From Lama guanicoe (lineage: Eukaryota): 64,000 nt of DNA. The position numbers were made by a program, and so were the translations under genes. Positions 1 to 12,902 of the stretch are shown one piece after another. The notes beneath the pieces are model-generated. The model ran no database searches. It was not told the origin of the DNA and worked only from the letters and a program-made list of their open reading frames with translations. The DNA lies in the NCBI GenBank assembly GCA_013239625.1, contig MU053810.1, positions 1,499,518-1,563,517 on the forward strand. Reading direction: 5' to 3'. Position 1 is the first letter of the stretch. Each line of letters starts with the position of its first letter.

Positions 1-1999
1 TTTCGACCCCTGTGGTTGGAGAATTCCAGTCAAAATTACTAATACAAAATGCTGAGTTAAATTGTACTTTCACGGGTGCTGGCTGACGGCTGTGCATGAC
101 AGGTTAGGGTCATGGCTACTGACCGGCTGTGATTAGCCCAGTCACGTGACCCACCGCTAACTGCCAACACTCCCAAGTAGAGGAGGGTCTTGCTTCCCGA
201 AGGTTGTGGAAATGTGGCATTTTCTGTGCTGTTTTAAGGTCATATGCAGGGTCATTTATTATCTCCAAAATTCACAGCGTTCTGGACATTGGAACTAGGA
301 AGATAAGCCCAGTTTGGTTTTCTTCCCAAATTTGCAGAATCTAACTGTGCCAGGAAATGTCTCACTTTGGTTTACTCTGGTTTGTCGTCTCTCATGTGTG
401 ATGGGTGCTTGCTGGGACACAGTGCGGGTTCTTTCCCAGCAAGGTGACTGGTCCTGGATGGGCTTCCCTTGGAGAGCCTTCCAGTCTCACCCTGGGGGGC
501 GAGTCCCTTGACCTCCTGAGCTTCACATTCCAGGTCTGTAGTGGAAGGCCCTCGCACCAATTCCGGATTTCTCAGCAGGTGTGCCGGAGCACAAGGCTCC
601 CACAGGTGTCTGACAAATCGTAGTAAGTGTGTAGGATTTCTGTTTTGCTGTACCTTTGGAGAGGCAATTATGGTGACTACTTGTCAGATGAAGTGTTAAG
701 CCGAGCTGTGCAGAGAAGGGGCAATTTATTGTAAGCAGACGGTAAAGAGTAATTTGAAGCCCTTGCCAAGGGAGGAACAGGTGTTTGTTAGAACCTGTGG
801 GAACTCTTCTCCTGCGTGTCAGTCGTGGAGCCAAGCCCTCCAGTAAACAGTTCTCCTCCGTCAGTGACACCGTGTCTGCGGGGTGGAGAGTGTGACCAAG
901 CCAACAGGGCTCCAGCTACTGAGGCTGTTTATTTAATTCCTTCAGCTCAATTCTCTTATTTCCAAAATATCCTGACCACACCAAAAATTTACCAAGTTGC
1001 AGGAGATTTTATGAGCCAGACCTCTCACGTCTCGCTGGGTATACCTCCAGAGGAGTGATGGCAACCACCCTAATGGGTAAATATAAACCTGATGGTCGTG
1101 CCAAAGGTGAGTAATTTGGATCTGGGTCGTGGCAGGAAAGCTATTTTTAGGGGAGGAGGAGGAGAAGTGAAAGGAAAAGAGCATTAATGATCTTTCTTCT
1201 TTATTTCCTTGTGACTTGGTATGTTTGCCATAGAAGATGAGAGAGGAGAGGGGAACGCGGGCTTTGTGAAGTGACTGAGTCTGGAGACAGGGGCAAGAAG
1301 AAAGGCAGGTCCTCCCGACAGGTGATGAATTAGTTTCTCACGTCTTTCAGCTTTTTGAAAGGACAGTTGTTAGTGATAAGAAATATTCTATTCATCTTTT
1401 CTTCATATATAATTTTTGTCTTTGTACAAATAAACCTTACTGTGAACAATTTTTGTCCACAAAATTATACATGAGGGTTTGGTTGGGTCCGTAGTAAGCC
1501 CTGAATGGCAGCCTTCCTTTATCTCCCCACACTTTTTCGGAGGGTCTGAAATCAGTTAGTCTTCAAGGAAACAAAAGTCAAGATGCGCAATGTGGGAAGA
1601 GGGAAGTGGAGAAAAAAGTGTCTTAGTGTCAGGTGCCCATCTGACACAGGTGTGACACGCCTCCCCACAAAAAGAATTTATTGGTCTTTTTGTTCCATTC
1701 TAGTTTAAGTTCTTACTGAAAATAATAAAGTGTTTTATAGCTTTTGCTCCAAATATTTCAATGAGCATGCTTTCTCTTTGGCCTGAGGGTAGAGAAGTTC
1801 ACATTATTTCAAACAGCAGATTTTCACATGTGGCAAAAATTATTCTGAGTAATAACTGTAAATACATGGCGCACACATCCTAGAAATTCAGAAGTACCAC
1901 TGTGGCCTTCATGCAGGCCTGCAGAACACATCTGGAGAATCTCTCATATAAGGCATTTTCTCAGGTGGAAAATGCCTGCCCAGAGTACATGTCTTAACT

Positions 2000-2171
2000 C
2001 GTTGGTTCTCACATTGAGCTCCATCAGCATCACGTGGGAATTTACTAAATGTGCAGTCTCAATTCCACCCCAGGTCTACTGGATCAGAAACTTGGGGGTG
2101 GGGCCCAGCAAGCTGTGATTTAACAAGCCCTCCAGGGGATTCTGACACATGCTGAAGTTTGAGAATCACTG
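2000..2171. mobile_element. MER5A hAT-Charlie MITE
   Basis: Runs from 'gttggttctc' to 'gctgaagtttgagaatcactg' with the MER5A core 'gggtggggcccagcaagctgtgatttaacaagccctccaggggattctga'. The 8-bp flanks tcttaact/cctcaact match 6/8, like a decayed TSD. Confidence 0.9.
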
Positions 2172-2249
2172 CCTCAACTGATCTTTCCTTTAGGAACCCC
2201 ACTCTCATTTCCTAATAACCCTACATTCAGTTTATTTCAGCCCAATGTA

Positions 2250-2466
2250 TAGCTAACATACCTTGTGCTCTAAATCAGACACTGTGCAAGGACTTCACAT
2301 GTATTATCATGTTCTCAGAACAAGCCTATTGACGTAGACTCTGTAATTAGCTTCATTTTTAACGATGAAGTAACGGATGCTTATGGAGAGAAACTTTCCC
2401 AAGGTCACACAGTGTATAGCAAGGGCCGGGATCCAGTTTAACTCCTAAATTTGTGCGCCTAACCAC
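2250..2466 (-). mobile_element. MIR SINE
   Basis: Reverse MIR core 'ttcatttttaacgatgaagtaacggatgc...cccaaggtcacacag'. Confidence 0.75.
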
Positions 2467-3722
2467 AGAAGTATGCCTCTGATGTGTTTATTGAATGCAA
2501 AGTGGATGAATACCTGGGTTAGAAGAAAATCTTCACGGACCCAGTGGGATCCCATTTTCTGTTGTAAGTTGACCTGTCTTCGCTGACTTCCTGTTTCACC
2601 TGGGAAAGATTGCGTCCCTCCTCCCTTAATCCAGCTCTGTGGCTGCTGTTAAAGTCAGTCTCGAGACACAACCAACTCTTGGAAGTGATCCCAGATTTTC
2701 CCTATGGAATGGATCATTTCTTTAGGCATTTGCACTCCGTTTTTGTTGTCTTCTGTTCCTGCAGACTGGTAGCTTTGCACAGTTTGCTTGCCTCCTATAT
2801 CAAATCCCCTCGAATGAATTGCAAATTCTTCCGAGAGAGGAACTACATCTTTTACTGGTGACTTCTCTCTGTTTCCCAGCAGGGTCCTGTACCTGGCAGG
2901 CTTCCAGCCAGCCTTATGAAATAACAAGGATGTTTATAAAATCTCTTCTAGTCCTTGAATAGAGTTTTAGGTTGGGTTAAGGAGGAGTCCACCTGAAACA
3001 TTGGAGGGAAATAGCTAAAATGAATTAGAAGCACGTAGTGAAAGGACCGAAAGAAGAGACAACTGTTGTTTTCAACTTGAATTTCCAAACATCTTCAATG
3101 CAGATTGAAAGGAACTGCAAATGTTTTTATGAAGTACCCACTAAGATTGTGGTGGCCCTTCCTGTCACTGTTGTACCCACAGGCTGTTCTTTTTGGCTGC
3201 ACTTGTGTTTATTGAAATGACTTTATTTGCCACAAAGGGTTTTGAATGAGAGGATGGCGGATTTTTTTTTTAATGAACTCACTTTCCATCCCATGAAGAG
3301 AAGCTTTCAGAAAAGACAATTTCACTTCATTGCTATAGTCTTAAGTAATGGTACAAAAGTTTTAAACATTAAGTGGGAATTAAGATTTTTCTCATATGAA
3401 GGAGGAATTCATACTAGTGTCCTATTTATAGCTCATCATATATATTCATGCAGTTTCTCATTCCTTTATGATCCTTAGATGTCCATGCAATTTGTTTAAA
3501 TACAATGATTTGTGGAATTTATAAGTTTTCCAACATATGTATAGTGTTTTAAGTGAAAAAAATAGCCTTTTGTTACAAAAGAAACATGCTTATCTTAGAT
3601 AAGGGAAATGAACAAATAAAGCACAATACAATAATCCAAATGCACTTTTCTTTTCCATATGGTAAACTTTTTGATATATATTATAAATTAGCTTACGTGT
3701 GTATAAACAATTACTCTCTCAT

Positions 3723-3723
<1 letters not shown>

Positions 3724-3753
<30 letters not shown>
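3724..3753. repeat. (CA)15 microsatellite
   Basis: Perfect dinucleotide run seen directly. Confidence 0.97.
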
Positions 3754-3757
<4 letters not shown>

Positions 3758-4310
3758 CGTAAAGGTTTTTAATGAAAACCTGATTCTACAAAATGAAGTC
3801 TAGTATCTTATACATGTTAATATTTGTTATCCTATTTCAGTGGGCAGGTTATGTTATTGTGAAGTTAAAGAAATCTGAAGTGAAATCTGTGTCTAATAGT
3901 AGGAAAAAGTATGGGACAAAATAGGTTTGCAGATTTCTTCCCTAAAGGGAGATCTGCTTTGCCTGCGGTGTGGGCGCTGGGGACAGCCCAGGCAGAGCCG
4001 TCTTTGGGGGCATCAAATGCCCTTCTCTTAGTTGCATTCACACTCTCCCTAGATTACGTGAGAGTCACTTGCTAGACCTAAGGTGGTTTCAGTAATTGCC
4101 ACCCCACTTCAGCATCTTCCATCAATTATTTTTTTGCAGCCTCTAAACAGAGCAAGAAGAGATATTATGCTTAATGCTAACCTCCCTGCCTAACTTCATG
4201 GGTAGTAACTGCTTTCTTTGTCAGTTTTCCTGCCCTGTCTAGTTAAATTAGAAATATCCCTTATCTGACCTAGAAGAAAACTGCACCTGCCTGGCTGGCA
4301 GATTTCTCAG

Positions 4311-4371
<61 letters not shown>
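4311..4371. repeat. Compound microsatellite (AC)14(TC)16
   Basis: AC run at 4311-4338 directly followed by a TC run to 4370. Confidence 0.97.
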
Positions 4372-4375
<4 letters not shown>

Positions 4376-5757
4376 AAGGAGAAATTGAATATGCATTTCC
4401 CCCCACAGTAGTTCTGGGTACATGACACTAATTTTTCCTTTCCTAAAAGTCTCCCTACTTTAACATTTTCTGTGAGAAGTCAGCTGAGTTGTTTACAGAT
4501 TCTGTGTCCTAAAACTTTTGAACCTCTACGCTTTCAATGGGGTATTATAATTAAATGGCGAAAGACATAGCAAATTTGCTTAAAAGATTAATATGTCATG
4601 GATGTTTAATCATGAAAGACCTGTCTAGTAAGTTCTGGCAAGACCACTACTTACACACCTCATACTGGAGATTCTAAAGCAAATAATGTGCATTTGAATC
4701 ACTATCTGTTGAATTCTTTATAAGGGCCACCAAAAGATGCATTTTAAATAAAATATCCTGTATACTGCACTTGAGGAAAGACATGAATTTTAATGCATTT
4801 TCAAGTAGCTGATAGGAAAGCAAATTATGGCTTACTCAGAATTCTCAGCTGAGTGACAAACCCAGAGCCTAGAGCTCAGTGAAAAGTGGATTCTGCCCTG
4901 AGGCACAGGTGCTTTGCTGTTGGATCTGGAGCGGGTGTATCACGTTCCGGGACAGCAGACCCTCCCCATCATTCGGTTTGGTTTAACAGACATTTGATGA
5001 GTGCTTACAATAAATGAAGCATTCAGATCTGTAATCCCAGAAGATTCAAAAAATAATAAGACCTACTTCTTGCTTTTGCAAGTTTTTAAAAATAAAGGAT
5101 TTCACAATAAATGGACAGAGATAGACATAAAAACAAAATACTTTATGACCCTGATAAGGGTCATAAATATGATATTTTCACAGTCCTGTGTTTTGGGACA
5201 TCAGTGAGGAGCAGTTATTCTTGCCAGCGATGGTCACGTTCTAAGCACAGGACTGGTTTTCTCTTGCTTCCTGGTCATCATCCACGAACAATAATAGAAC
5301 GTCACAGCCTTGGGCCTTTCCCTGAATAATAAATCAAGATATAGTGGCTTAGTTGACCTGAATCAAAGTGTTTCTAGTTCTCGGAATTTTTAGGTTTTCT
5401 TTAGGAGTGGTCACACGTACAACTTGTACTTGTTGATAGAGAGGCTCCACTTCCTGCTACCCACCCTCCTAAAATGTCTTAGTGCCCCGGTTTTCCCCTT
5501 CCTCAGGTACCACTCATGACTGTGAGAAGCAGCTTTGATGGAGACTACAACCAAGAGAGAAAGCTGGAATAGCTCATGTTTTCACTCAGCTTTTTTCTCT
5601 TACTCCTGGGGAAGTAGTTTGTCAGACATGGGTGAAGTTGCAGGTGGTGACCATGGGAGCAATACTCGAGGAGTGATTTTAGTGATGAAAGAACCTGATA
5701 TTTAAATGCAGGTACAAGACGAACGGTTGACTCGGGCTATAAAAAGTTAATCTGGAG

Positions 5758-5914
5758 CCTTGTTACTGAAAGTGTGGTCCATGAACTGAGAGCATCAGGT
5801 TCACTGGAGAGCTTTTTAGAAATTCGAAATGTCCCCAGACCCACTGAACCAGAATCTGCGTTGTAAAAAGATCCCCACGTGGTTCTTCCGTACATTAAAC
5901 TTTGAGAAGGCCTA
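5758..5914. mobile_element. MER5B-like hAT-Charlie MITE
   Basis: 'tgttactgaaagtgtggtcc...actgaaccagaatctgcgttgtaaaaagatcccc...acattaaactttgagaag'. Flanks atctggag/gtctagag resemble the NTCTAGAN Charlie target duplication. Confidence 0.85.
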
Positions 5915-7550
5915 GTCTAGAGCCAGTGAAAAAGAGGATGAATCATTTAAAAGTAAGAAATACAAATGGATTCTAGAAACACAAGTTTTTTGGCCATGGT
6001 GATACTGTTACACTTCATAGTCCATCTAAAGTTAGTGGACGATAGAAAATAATCCTCTGCAAGTGATGGAGAATCAAGAACTCAAAACATATTCAGTAAA
6101 ATAAACAATATTTGTACCCTCCAGATAATTAAAATCTGCATTTTTACCAGGGCACTTATTATTTTGTTTAGTCTACAGAATAGCACATATCACAGGCCCT
6201 TCTGAGGTGAATGAATTACTATGAGGCAATTGGTACGCAAAAGAATCTGATTATTAAGAATATTTTTGATCTCCTCATATTGTTGTGATAGTTTCTAACT
6301 CAGCCATGTTTTAAGGCTGGCACAATAAAGCAAACAGTGTAACCATCACCAGGCTGAGGGTGAAAATACTTTTTATTAATTTTACAGATGTGAATTAATC
6401 AGAGTAATTTGGATCTTGGACGCAATTCAAGAAAGCCATTTATTTAACTCCTCTCTGATGTGTGCTTTCAAGTGCTCTATAAAGGCTGCAGATATAGAAA
6501 AGACAAAATAGAAGCTACAGTTTTAAAGTCTAAAGGATTAGACAGGGAATTCAATGCACTGCCCTTTGTTCTCTGAACTTGTAGAACTTTTGTTCTTAGG
6601 TTATGTGTCATGTTCATTAGAAGCAAGACTGGTTATACGTACGTTGTTTAATTAATAAGAACTGCAGAGAATGTGGACATTGTGTAATTGGAATGTTACC
6701 ACTTTGCTGTAACATCATTACCACCTCCTTCTAGTCCTCTCTCTTTTCCTATTTCCTTTTGAGTTTCTGTCTTAGTACAGGGTATGTAGACCACTGAGCT
6801 TAAGGCAATGTTCTGTTAACTGCTTTTTTCAGGGATGTGCAAGCCCTGGAAAGCAGAGTAGGGGCAAAGGAAAGTGAGGGGTGAAAGTAGGCGGGCCAGT
6901 ACAAGGTGTTATTGAAATGGCCAGTTTCACAAGGAAACACAGCTGGATGCATGGTCGCCCAAGTTGTGCCTGAGAGTGTATGAAACTAGGCCATCTTGGA
7001 ATAGATTTTCTTCTGGATCAGTCTGTCTCCTGGCTTCTTCCATCTTTTGTTTCTATTTGGTCAAAACTTACCCTAAAAGGTTTTGGCTCCTCTGCACTTT
7101 GCCCCTCCTGGAGCCTTTGGAGGAGCTGGCGTCTCCTGGGGTCTGGTTGGGCCAGACCTACACAGTGGAGATGGTGTTTCTCCCATCATGGTGGGTGTGG
7201 TGGAATCCACATGGGTGCCTGGCCCTAGACCCGTGGGAGGCCTTGTCCATCTGTGACCATAGGAGACAGGGCCACTCAGTGCAGCAACAGCTGGTGCTTT
7301 ACACTGTCGGACTGGCCAGGACCCCCAGGAAGGTACTGGCCTGAATCAAGGCAAGTGGCTGAGGCCTGGGAGGCAAGTGGGCCGAGCAGATCTGGGACAT
7401 CACGTAAACTGTGTTCAGTACAGTCTCTACATAATTAACTAAAATGATAGCATTTTAAAAGAAAATACTCATTTGTCTTTCCACAACAATTGAACCAACC
7501 TAAAATACAGTGGCCAGAAGGCTTAGATACGTTGTTTTTAATATAAATGA

Positions 7551-7753
7551 GTGACTGTCAACCCAGGGTGGTTTTTGCTTCCCAGGGGACCTGTGGCAAC
7601 GTCTAGAGACATTTTGGATTGTCATAGCTTGAGGGGAGCTAGTGGCATCTAGTGGACAGAGGCCAGGGATGCTACTAAACATCCTGAGATCCCCAAGACC
7701 CCCCACCCCCACCCCAAATAATTACCCACCCAAAATGTGGTTAAAAGTGTTGA
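7551..7753. mobile_element. MER20 hAT-Charlie MITE
   Basis: 'cccaggggacctgtggcaacgtctagagacattttggattgtca...tggcatctagtggacagaggccagggatgctactaaacatcct' follows the MER20 consensus. Confidence 0.9.
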
Positions 7754-8380
7754 TAGAGGCAGAAGGCCTAGTTTTTTTTGACTAGGTTTAATTTAATATT
7801 TTGCTAAGCAATTGAAGTAAAAAATCTCAGACTCTGTCCATTGGATACAGGCTGGGAATTCTAGCTTCATCGAGCCTTCTAAAAGCTTCAGTTCCTTTGG
7901 TACAATCTATGCCAGGGCAGGAGGGGCCCCAGGAGCTCCGGGGACAGCTGCTGGAGAGTTGCAGGGGCAAATTTCTCCTGTTTAAAAATGCATGCTTGGC
8001 TCTCTGCCCTGTGAAGAGAGGCTAAACTTTGATCTTCACTGCCTTCCCCTTGTTTAATGTTTTTATGACCACTATTTTAAGACTAAGAGTTCGAACTAGA
8101 ATGCTAAGTCTCTGTAGCTCTGATAGTTTATGGTATAAACATACATCTATGAGCTGAGCCACCATTTACAATAGTTTTCTGCTGGGAAGAAAGTGTATTA
8201 TGTTACCAACATAGGTATAATTCAAATACTACCCATGAGACATAAATTGAGACCTTGGGGGTATTAGAAGCAGTCTAGCAATCATTTAATTTTTTTTTAA
8301 TATGCCACAATTTGGGAAAAGCTCCCACAGTTTGTAGAATTACTTTTGTTATTACTATGAATAATTTAAACTATAATGAA

Positions 8381-8480
8381 ACTAAAATGTAAACTCCATA
8401 AGGGCACAGATCTTCATTTATGAATGTATCTAGTGAGCCTAGAGTTGTGCCTGGTTCATATAGTAAATACTTGTTGAATA
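8381..8480 (+). mobile_element. L2 3' end fragment
   Basis: 'aatgtaaactccataagggcacagat...gtgcctggttcatatagtaaatacttgttgaat' is a typical L2 terminus. Confidence 0.75.
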
Positions 8481-8715
8481 TAATTTTCCATCTGTAGTCA
8501 CAGAAATCACTGTGTTTATGAGAGGAATATACAAATACACAAGTAATTAAAGCTCAAATGCCATTTCCCCCTTTTGTCTGAATTAATTAATATGACAGAC
8601 TCAACAGACCCATGAGAAGTCTGATGTCATTTCAAATTATTATCAGCTGTTGGCCTTTGAAGTTGTTGAAATGAACATTCTTTATTACATCTTCTTAGAT
8701 CCCTGTATTTATGGG

Positions 8716-8894
8716 ATCAGATGAGTCTGGATCTGAGTCTTGGTTCTGCCTCATACAACTGAGTAAATTTAGGATATTTATGTGAACTTTCTGAGCCATT
8801 GTTCCCTCTTTTATAAAAACCCACAGTATTAAATGACTTAATAGAATGGGCTTGATTTAGTGCCTGTAACAAACCTAGTACTCAGAAACTATTA
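8716..8894 (+). mobile_element. MIR SINE (degenerate)
   Basis: 'tctgagtcttggttctgcc...aactttctgagccattgttccctcttttataaaa...tagtgcctgtaac'. Confidence 0.65.
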
Positions 8895-8985
8895 ATATCC
8901 CATGGTTTAAAAACTGGACATACCAGGTTTAATGATTTGAGGGTATTTTGTCAATTTACTATATTTGCTACTAGTAGCACAGTTT

Positions 8986-9020
8986 TGTGTGTGTGTGTGT
9001 GTGTGTGTCTGTGTCTGTGT
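8986..9020. repeat. (TG)n microsatellite, imperfect 3' part
   Basis: Seen directly. Confidence 0.9.
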
Positions 9021-9339
9021 GAATTATATATTTTTCACAAGTGTTGCATGCTTTGGCTGATTTTTTTCTTTAGCTGAAATAGATTTTTTTTTCAACTCTT
9101 TTAACCAGAATCTATCTGACTTTTGGCTCTTTAGACTTCGGCATGAGAACATTATACTAAAAACAATATGGTTTTTATTAAAGATAACTGATAATTGAAA
9201 CTTTATACACACACATGCACATACACACACACACACTCATACTGTGTGTCAACATTTCCTTGCAGGGAAGCGACATTTGACAAACATCATTGTTTGGCCA
9301 AGTCTGGTCACCAAGTGCCATGTGCTTGCGGTGTCACCA

Positions 9340-10590
9340 AGATTCTCCAGCAGTGAGAGCATCTGGCACAGTGTCTGACCCAGAAAAGACACTTAATGAA
9401 TCGATGTGAAACGAATGAAAAAAGTGAATGAATGAGCACTGAACTCCAGATTAAAGGGGCGTCCAAGTATGTGGGGTTATGGCCCTTTTAGAAAGTTGGG
9501 AATTGCCTATACTGGGGAAAAAAAAAACCAATGGAGAACTGATCAAAAGTGACATTTTATCATTTTTCCAAGGTCACCTTTCTCTTTAGTCAAGATCTCT
9601 CTTTCCAGTATGAGAAACCTACTTCCTGAAGGTGAGGAGCATCCCTGTCTTGTTCACCATCAATACTTTCAAGGTCCAGTGCCTAACAGTGTGTGGGACA
9701 AACCAGATGTCCAGCACATATTTACTGAATACACTGTTTATTAGATCCTTCCTTCTGTATGACTTAACTGAGTAATGAATGTGCTGGAAACGAAAGCCAT
9801 TTCCTTCAGTGTTTCTGGTATTGGTTAAAGGCATCATTATGTGTATACTCTTTATTGCCAGAATAAACCTGAGAGTTTCATCCAATCGCCTTTGCTTCCC
9901 TCCTGCGACCACATGATTGCCAATGTCTGAAATCTTATCTTCTCCGTATTTCTTAAATTTCTCCAATTCTTCCTGTTCCCCAGTTTCCAACCCTGAAGTG
10001 TCCGACCTTGGCATTTCTTTCCTGCAGTTTTCTTTTTTTCTTTCTCTGCTGTAGCCCCTTACCAGCTCTGCTTCTTTCAGTCAGTGTTTTCTTGCGTCCT
10101 TCCTCTTCTTGCCTGATTGGCCTTTTCAGAAGTGAAATCTCACTTTGCCACCTCCTTGCTCAAAACGTTAATGTTTCCCTGGTCACTATGAGATTGTCTG
10201 AACCCCTGAATTAGCACAGCATTCAAGTAACCTTTTCAGCTTCATTTCATGCCACCCTGTTCTCAGCTTCCCCTAAAGTACCTGCATTTGCTTAATGCAC
10301 TAAATTCTCTCACATGCATCCCCTGCTGCTTCTGCCTGTGGTGCCCTGCTGCCCCTCTCTTTAGCTTTGCGATTTCTTACTCATCTTTTAAACCTCAGGG
10401 CAAATGTCCAATTTTTTGACCTTTCCTACAGCTCTCCTGACCCCCAGCCCCACCTCAGTTACAGTTGGAGCATGTCTTTTATAACTCTGGTGAATTCTAA
10501 GATAATTGGCTTCGTGCTAATCCCTCCATTGACCTATGAACTTGGTGACAGAGACTCTCCCTTACTCAGCTGGAAGCTGTACCAAGGATG
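9340..10590 (+). mobile_element. Cluster of L2 fragments (two 3' ends plus a body fragment)
   Basis: L2 termini at about 9340-9435 ('ggcacagtgtctgacccagaaaagacacttaatgaa...gaatgaatga') and 9620-9730. A pyrimidine-rich L2-like body spans about 9790-10590. Confidence 0.6.
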
Positions 10591-10707
10591 CACGCTTTCA
10601 GGGAGAGAAGGCTTTGTTTGTGGATTGCTCATATTTATAAGTGATATTAATTAAAAACCCCTAGGGAAATGTTAGCCCATTTTCTTTAACTCTAAATATA
10701 GAAGATA

Positions 10708-11213
10708 CAGATCTTCCTTGACTTATAACGAGGTTAAGTCCCTATAAACCCATTATAAGTTGAAAATACCATCAAGTTGAAAATACATTTAATACACCTA
10801 ACCTAATGAACATCATAGTTTAGCCTAGCTTGTCTTAAACGTGCTTAGCACACATTAGCCTACAGTTGGGCAAAATCTTCTAAGACAAATCCTGTTTTAT
10901 AACAAAATGTCGCATACTCATGTAATTTATTGAATGCTGTTCTGAAAGTAAAAATCAGAATGGTTGTTTGGGTCCAGAACGGTTGTAAGTGTAGCGGTTG
11001 TCCACCCTCGTGATCATGTGGCTGACCGGGAGCTGCCGCTCACCACCTCTGCCCCGCACGATGACAGAGTACCATGTGGCATTTCACCAGCCCAGGAAAA
11101 GATCAAAATTCAAAACGTGAAGTCAAGTTTCTACTGAATGAGTATCGCTTTTGCACCATCATAAAGTAAAAAAAAAACTGTGAGTTGAAGCATTATAAGT
11201 TGGGGACTATCAG
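10708..11213. mobile_element. Tigger5/MER47-family TcMar MITE, full length
   Basis: TIRs 'cagatcttccttgacttata' and 'tataagttggggactatcag', TA on both flanks, and internal 'aatacacctaacctaatgaacatcatagtttagcctag' typical of MER47. Confidence 0.92.
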
Positions 11214-12881
11214 TATATTAAATGATATTTAAAGATACTCAAGTCTAAATATGGAAGGTGATATCAAAGATTCTCCAAATGTGTATTTCTTTGTAGAACT
11301 TATAGTGGCAAGATGTTAATAATGACTATAATAATTAGTGCGTAACACAGTCTCAAGGAAATTTAAACAAAAGTATTATAATTCAAATAGTTCTGGTTAA
11401 ATAACTTTGTCTTCTCTACAAAGCTTATGTGGTACTTTTTTGCCTAGCATTTACATGGCACTTATCTGGTGTTTTAAAACAGTTATTACATATATAAATG
11501 TGCATTATGTATAAATATGTGTTTAGATTTAGATATTTATGACTATATTATACATTAATATATTGTATTTATATAGTGTCCAACTAAGATACAGTGCTTT
11601 TTGTATAAAACACAAGTTCTCATAAGTAACATCATTCAACCCAGAAGCAAAGATTTTATGCAGCCTGTATTACTTGTCATATTATTTATTAAATGTTTAC
11701 TGTTTTGCAGGCACTGGAAATTCAGTAGTTAACTAAAGATTTGCAATAAAGATAGCAAGAGAATCGTGGGAAGTGTGAACAAAGGGGCCTTTTCTCTTTA
11801 TTTGTGTCTCCTTCAAGTTTAAGAATTTGAATCGGCTCATTAGCCATGAATGAGAAAGTTTACTTGCTTTATGTATTGCTATTAAAGGCACTTATAATAC
11901 TTACGCCACACAGCACCTACCCGACAGCCCTCATTTTTCTTTTCTTTTGAACATTGAACTTCCCAATAAGGGAAAATGGAAGCAAATGGTGTAGGATCTA
12001 TTTACACCCTGCCAAGAGTTAGCCAGGCTTCTTAGACTTATCGTAAGTTTACATCCGTTTCCTTTTCATTGCCGTCAGTCCCTGGGGCCCTCATCTCTTA
12101 TTCCTTTGGAATCTAGAAATTAGAGGTGTGAGCTGCACGGCGCCTCAGCTCTATTGAAATCTGCTTTGGGGAACAGCAGAAGGAGGCCGTGGAGAGATCC
12201 CTGCAACCCACCGGAGTGCTTCCCATTTTACATGCACCCTCTTCTACTCTTCTTTTTAAGTTATGTGAACTAAGTAACAAAGGGGACCCTTTCTTTTCCG
12301 CTTGCATTTTTAGAGGATAAGAGGAGGTGATTTCGATCTTTAAGATCTAAAAAGGAACCCACCTTGCTCATATTTGCGTCTTCGTGTCATACTTCAATTT
12401 TTAATGGCATGTGAGATGCTAAGGTTGTGAATATTGTGCTATTATGTTTTGGGCCCTTTTTCCCCTACAGTTTTTGTTTAGATGAATCTTGGATCTTGGG
12501 TAGATGTTCTTGCAGACGTTGTGTTGACAAAGACATCTGTGCAGATCCCAGTTCAAAACAATATTTTAGTTCTGGGAATTGTTCGGAAACAGCTGCCGGC
12601 TGACGTTACATTGTAGAAGTGTTCGCAGGGCCGGTCCCCTGCATGGAGTGCTTTGCGTCTGTCACTTATGAACTGACAGCTGGGATACTTAGAAATTGTA
12701 GTTAACGTTGTGAGGAGCAGTGTATCAGGCAAGACATCCTAGGATACAGGTGAGCACCGCTGCCCCACCCAAAACAGCCCTAGGGGAAGGCTAGTGTGTC
12801 CTGCCTCAACTCCTTCTTTGTATACCATTTTGCACCGGGAACTCCAAGAATGGAATTTTCGTTTTCATGTTTTTCTTCAAA

Positions 12882-12902
12882 GAATGAATGAATGAATGAA
12901 TG
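12882..12902. repeat. (GAAT)5 tetranucleotide, possible L2 tail remnant
   Basis: Run seen directly. L2 elements typically end in GAAT repeats. Confidence 0.8.

Noticed and set aside
1626..1647. Small hairpin gtgtcaggtg-cc-catctgacac
   Set aside because: A 10-bp stem with a 2-nt loop is too short for a miRNA precursor and is expected by chance.
3930..4260. Possible old L1 5'-region fragment
   Set aside because: The resemblance is too vague to assign without an alignment.
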